Assembly (NCBI GenBank): GCA_964016885.1
Contig: OZ024744.1
Span: forward strand, 68,882,001-68,946,000
Source of the DNA: Eledone cirrhosa
Taxonomy: Eukaryota
DNA length: 64,000 bases
Reading direction: 5' to 3'
Position numbers and translations under genes: made by a program. Within the stretch, counting starts at the first letter, position 1; every line of letters begins with the position of its first letter. Positions 53,201-64,000 of this stretch are shown piece after piece. Under the pieces are notes generated by a model. That model saw nothing but the letters and a program-made list of their open reading frames with translations, searched no databases and was not told where the DNA came from.

Positions 53201-53410
53201 TTTTCGAATATTAATAATAACATTCGATTCGTTTGTAATTATATAAACAAGCCTCAATTTTATAGCCATGTTAGTAGAATGAACACTTCATTCTTGCTCT
53301 TGCCAACATAAGAGCAAGAATGAAGTGTTTATTTTACTAACATAGCTATAAAATTGGGGCTTGTTTATATAATTACAAACGAATCGAATGTTATTATTAA
53401 TATTCGAAAA
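53201..53410. repeat. Foldback palindrome, ~100 bp arms, 8 nt loop
   Basis: ttttcgaatattaataataac...cttgctctt-gccaacat-aagagcaag...gttattattaatattcgaaaa. Confidence 0.92.
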
Positions 53411-53445
53411 ACTCAGATTACATTTATTATATATATATATATATA

Positions 53446-58866
<5,421 letters not shown>

Positions 58867-58966
58867 ATAATACACTCTGTGTAGCTCTACACCTCAACAC
58901 AGAAGTGAACCTAAACACCGAGTGCTCACCCGGGTGAACCTGCAGTAACTCCAAGTTACACTCCCT

Positions 58967-59019
<53 letters not shown>

Positions 59020-59065
59020 TTCAAAATATTAACAAATGAAGATATTCACATAATCAAAATATATG

Positions 59066-59129
59066 CTTTACTATATATATTTCGAAGGTACTGTGTTTTT
59101 TTTTACCAGTACGTCCTCGTCAGATAAAA
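59066..59129 (-). ncRNA. Type I hammerhead ribozyme
   Basis: Minus strand: ttttat-CTGACGA-ggacgtactg [13 nt] cagtaccttc-GAAA-tatata-TA-gtaaag. Confidence 0.72.
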
Positions 59130-59318
59130 TATCTGATTTGATATATGACATATCATGATATTTCAAATCCAGTATTGGCAGTGTTATATATATATATATA
59201 TATATACGATATCGTAAATATACGTATCGTAAATATTCTCTAAATACTTGTTGAGTGCTTTTATATCAGTTATAAATATTTACTCGTTGTTAACCCAACA
59301 ATTTAAATAAAACTTTGC

Positions 59319-59362
<44 letters not shown>

Positions 59363-59573
59363 AATAAACAACATAAGATCATTATTTCATTTACCAGTCG
59401 TTTACCTGACGACTGAAAGCAAATAAATCTGCTTTCAGTCGTCAGAATGAAAAAATGCAGGTGTTTTTTTTTTAGTGTGGATTTGAAAAACAAAAATATT
59501 AGAAATATGACAGTGAGGTTAAAGGAAGAAGAAAAAAAGATAATAAATATAAAAGTATATAAACACACACACA

Positions 59574-59655
<82 letters not shown>

Positions 59656-59730
59656 TATATATATGTATATATATGTATATATATTTATAAATATATATAT
59701 ATATACATACACATAAATACACAAATACAC

Positions 59731-59786
<56 letters not shown>

Positions 59787-59821
59787 AATTAAGATTCTCT
59801 AGAAAGGCCGGAGGATAGGTA

Positions 59822-59866
59822 AATATTGCTGATGAGATGTAACAACATCGAAACTAGTCCAATATT
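59822..59866 (+). ncRNA. Type I hammerhead ribozyme, canonical core
   Basis: aatattg-CTGATGA-gatgt aaca acatc-GAAA-ctag-TC-caatatt. The triplet is GUC, with cleavage predicted after 59859. Stem I extends with bulges over 59794-59888. Confidence 0.88.
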
Positions 59867-60153
59867 CCTGTCTGGCTTTCTGGAGAATAGAGGAAAGGTG
59901 TTTCCTCGAAAACCAGTATGACTCTAAAAACCGGTTTGTCTGTGTGTTTACATACAGAATAGCTGAACACTCACAGTAAAGTGTCCAGTGAAAAACTCGG
60001 TACATCTACATATGTACACGTGTGTGTATTCATATGCATACTAGTATTTCAGTATACATATGTGGATGTACATTTTTAACTTAATTGTTTAAGCGTCAGT
60101 CATACAACAGTGAGTTACAAACGAAACGAAATTTAATTTCGTTTCGTTATTTG

Positions 60154-60198
<45 letters not shown>

Positions 60199-60238
60199 GA
60201 TATTAAACAAATGGAAACTATATTTATAAAACCATATT

Positions 60239-60304
60239 TATTTCATTATACATATTTCGGGGATACCATATTAAAAATATGGCATGCCTTCTTCAGATAA
60301 AATA
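60239..60304 (-). ncRNA. Type I hammerhead ribozyme (inverted copy of 61280-61345)
   Basis: Minus strand: tattttat-CTGAAGA-aggcatgccatatt ttt aatatggtatcccc-GAAA-tatgta-TA-atgaaata. Confidence 0.75.
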
Positions 60305-61279
60305 CAATATATAAACATTTTATAAATAATTTTGACGTACCATAAATATAACACAAAGAAAAAAATTTTTTTCTGTGAAACAAGAAATTACAGAGTTGAT
60401 CACATAAAATCATGGGTATGTCTATAGTGTCAACTAGAACTTGAGATGACCTTCTCTTTTTCTCTTTCTTTCCTTTTCCGGAAAATGCATATGCATGTGT
60501 ATATATATTTCCGTATTTTTTGAAGTTTTATCTCATTTTTGGTACATCGACCTCAGAATTTTTAAACTAAACATATGGTCATTGTTGAGCAAAATTATTT
60601 TCACACATTATATATCTATGTCTCATTCATGAATATTGATATTTACATTATATTACCCAATTCATATGAATTGATAATTCAAATTGATAGGACATAACGT
60701 AAAGATGTAAATCTATCATCCCTCTCTCTAGATATAGCTCTTTCTTCTCCTCCCTCTTTATATATGATGAAATCTATGTATCGGTTGTTTTAACTTTGCC
60801 TCTCGAGTTTCTCTCTTGTTTCTCTCTCATTTCTCTCCTATTTCTCTCACCTCCCCATATATAATTATTATTATTTGGGCTACCTCTATTCTCCCCCCCC
60901 CCACTTCTATCTTTCTCTCTCTCTGTTTTCTCTTCATTTCTTATTTTCTCTCCGCCCCCTCCCCAACTGTCCTTAACACTATAACTAAATAATTACAGTA
61001 CACCCTCCCTCCTAAATCTCTCAATTTGTATGATGAACTATTATTATTCATCTGTTGCCTCAGCTGCTTCTCTTTTTTCACCCTATTTCTCTCTCCCCTA
61101 TCTCTCTCTATTTCTCTCTATTTTTCTTTACATACATTTCTTCTTTTTCTCTGTCTTTCTTTTTAACTGTGCTTAACACTAAATATTTGTAAACATCTCA
61201 CTACCAAACCAGCTTTTTACATAACGGTTGGTCAATATTTATGGTACGTCAAAATTATTTATAAAATGTTTATATATTG

Positions 61280-61345
61280 TATTTTATCTGAAGAAGGCAT
61301 GCCATATTTTTAATATGGCATCCCCGAAATATGTATAATGAAATA
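61280..61345 (+). ncRNA. Type I hammerhead ribozyme
   Basis: tattttat-CTGAAGA-aggcatgccatatt ttt aatatggcatcccc-GAAA-tatgta-TA-atgaaata. Stem I is 8 bp and the triplet is AUA. Confidence 0.75.
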
Positions 61346-61534
61346 AATATGGTTTTATAAATATAGTTTCCATTTGTTTAATATCGTATATCTACTCCAA
61401 AACTTGTCGAGTGCTTTATATCAGTTATAAAATATTTACTTGTTGTAACCCAACAATTTTATATAAAACTTTTGCATATATATATATATATATACATATA
61501 TACACACATACATATATATATATACATATACATA

Positions 61535-61860
61535 TATATACATAATTATAAAAATAAATAAATAAAGATAAATAAACGAATATAATGCATATACTAAAGT
61601 AAGCAGTCAAATGACCTTACACGGACAAAATACATATATATGAAATCAAAATAATAAATAAATAAAAGTAAAATATAAAGTCAAATATAAAAAAAATTTT
61701 ATAATTTTTATATTTGACTTTATATTTTACGTTTATATGTTTATTATTTTGATTTCATATATATGTATTTTGTCTGTAAGGTCATATGACTGCTTACTTT
61801 AGTATAGGCATTATATTCGTTTATTTATCTTTATTTATTTATTTTTATAATTATGTATAT
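61535..61860. repeat. AT-rich palindrome, ~160 bp arms
   Basis: catatactaaagtaagcagtca.atgaccttaca... pairs with ...tgtaaggtcatatgactgcttactttagtata. The centre is near 61697. Confidence 0.9.
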
Positions 61861-61916
61861 AATATGTATATACATATATATATATATATCTATATGTGTA
61901 TATATGTATATCTATA

Positions 61917-61993
<77 letters not shown>

Positions 61994-62173
61994 GTGTTTT
62001 TGTGTATTTATGTGTATGTATATATATATATATATGTGTGTGTATATATATGTGTGTGTGTGTTTATATACTTTTCTATTTATTATCTTTTTCTACTTCT
62101 TCCTTCAGCCTCACTGTCATATTTCTAATATTTTTGATTTTCAAATCCACATCCAATAAAAACACCAGGATTT

Positions 62174-62233
62174 TTTCATTCTGACGAACGAAAGCAGATT
62201 TATTTGCTTTCAAGAAACCAGTGGTAAATGAAA
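62174..62233 (+). ncRNA. Type I hammerhead ribozyme
   Basis: tttcatt-CTGACGA-ac gaaagcaga ttta tttgctttc aa-GAAA-ccagtgg-TA-aatgaaa. The base of stem II is mismatched. Confidence 0.65.
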
Positions 62234-62323
62234 TAATCATCTTATGTTGTTTATTACATAAATAAGCTCTGTAACCTACAAAGAGCACTCTTTTTTCCTG
62301 GACCTTTCCGACGGAATTACTTC

Positions 62324-62508
<185 letters not shown>

Positions 62509-62604
62509 TTGTAAGGTTTTTGATATGAAATCGTGTGTTACAATCAATATTGTTATATTTTGGAAGGGTCAATTTGTTATAATATATTTCTGGCAATATT
62601 ATAA

Positions 62605-64000
62605 CATGACCCTCTCCAAGTGCCCCAATAATCACAGGCATAAATCTGAAGGTGTAATCAGGGTGGAGTATCTGCAGATTTCTCATTAGTTCTGCATAAA
62701 TATTCTCCTTTTCGCTAATCTTTGATATTATATTGGCATCTGCTGGGCAGCTAACTTCCACTACTATGCATGCCTTCTTTTCCCTGTCCCATATCATAAT
62801 ATCTGGTCTCTTATGTCTGCATTTTATTGGGGTTTTTACTGGAACATTCCACCAGTACTCTTTCCTATTATGTATATGGATGTCTTCCACATTGCTGTAG
62901 CTTTTAATGTGTTTATTATCGGGGCTATCTTTTCTACGGATTGCATTGTACAGTGTTTGGGCCACTACATCATGCCTCATAGGTAGATAGTACCGTGATG
63001 ACATCCTTGAACAGCTACTTATGACATGGGTGACATCTTCGATGTTAATTCTGCAGAGTCTGCACTTGTTATCACATCTAGGTGTTTAGCCTGCATCCCT
63101 ATCTCTTTTGTGAATACGTTATTTCGTGTTGATTTCCCGTTCTTGGATTGCAAAAGCGTATCCTTCAAAGGTTGTTGTTCTAAGATAGACTACTTTCCTT
63201 ATCTATATTACTCTCAGTCTGGGGCTTTCTGGCAACATATCGATGCATGAATTTTTGCTGATAAGCATGTAGTTTTCATCCGCGGTACTGCTGGGCAACT
63301 TCCCAGGTCAAGATTTTTCTTCATCCAATCCATGTTCAATGCATAGAGTCTCACATTATCCACAAAGAAATTACGGGTTAAGTTCGTATTTCTGTCCTCC
63401 TGTGAGCCAATGATGTATCCTTCACATTTCTTGAGCAGAAAGGACAAGGGGTTTAATGACAGGATGAATAATATCACAGAGAGACTGGCTCCCTGAAATA
63501 TACCCCTGCGATATTATATTTTATCAGTGAAAATAGAGTCCTCCCTCTCTGTCTTTAACCCTAGGATTGTAGCTCAAGAAGAAGACAGCTTCTCTATGGC
63601 TCTGATAATAATGTCTGGGACTTTAGCAAGTCTGAGGGCCTTTATCATCCAAGAGTGGAGGACAGAATCAAATGCTTTCTTGTAGTCCAGCCAGACTGTA
63701 GCCATAGTCCTCCTAAGTTATCGCACCTCTGACATCGCAGTTTTGTTGATTAGGAGTTGTTCAGCACATCCCAAACCCCTTTCTTTCCAGCTGCTTGTTC
63801 ATCTGTGATGATGTTATTATTTTCACAGTGATCTTGGAGGAATAGGTTCAGGCAGGCTGTATACATCTTATACATCAGGTTCTGGCATCCAATGGCTCGG
63901 TGGTTTTATGCCAAGTGGGTGTCTTTGTTCTTGGGGACCAGTAATGTTTGTGCTAATGTCAACCATTCTGGTATACGTGTGTGTATCTCCCTTAAGAACC
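62605..64000 (-). mobile_element. Second R4-like RLE LINE family, degenerate, running off the window
   Basis: WLDYKKAFDSV, RGIFQG.SLS, FFVDN, RHDVVA, RPDIMIWD..VEVSCP and MPVIIGALG. Confidence 0.85.

Larger units (their letters stand above)
60193..61391. mobile_element. ORF-less element with ~157 bp near-perfect inverted termini, each containing a hammerhead
   Basis: 60193-60349 is the reverse complement of 61235-61391, with one mismatch seen. Confidence 0.8.
59363..62258. repeat. Large inverted repeat pair (59363-~59780 / ~61860-62258), each arm with a hammerhead-type motif
   Basis: aataaacaacataagat.attatttcatttacca... and its reverse complement at 62060-62258. The similarity extends through the microsatellites. 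Confidence 0.8.

Overview
This is eukaryotic, AT-rich, microsatellite-saturated DNA made almost entirely of nested transposable elements. I see no recognisable host gene. The SINE and LINE families suggest a coleoid cephalopod such as Octopus, which is an inference. The window holds two RTE LINEs, four L1/Tx1 copies (one with an ORF2 broken by a single stop), several R4/Dong RLE-LINE pieces, at least seven Penelope-like element (PLE) pieces (mostly CxCx5Cx5C GIY-YIG, Hydra-type), a 6.06 kb Helitron with both termini, tRNA-derived SINEs and several long palindromes. The most striking signal is non-coding. About ten type I hammerhead ribozymes have complete cores, found by hand-pairing, and about seven more are degenerate or half copies. 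Most have a palindromic stem III, and several sit in the inverted termini of ORF-less, MITE-looking elements of 95 bp to 1.5 kb. A second unexpected signal is a 5' splice-donor consensus overlapping the Tx1 ORF1 stop codon, which could fuse ORF1 to ORF2 through a 52-54 nt intron. All coordinates and base-pairings were derived by eye, and boundaries are approximate unless stated.
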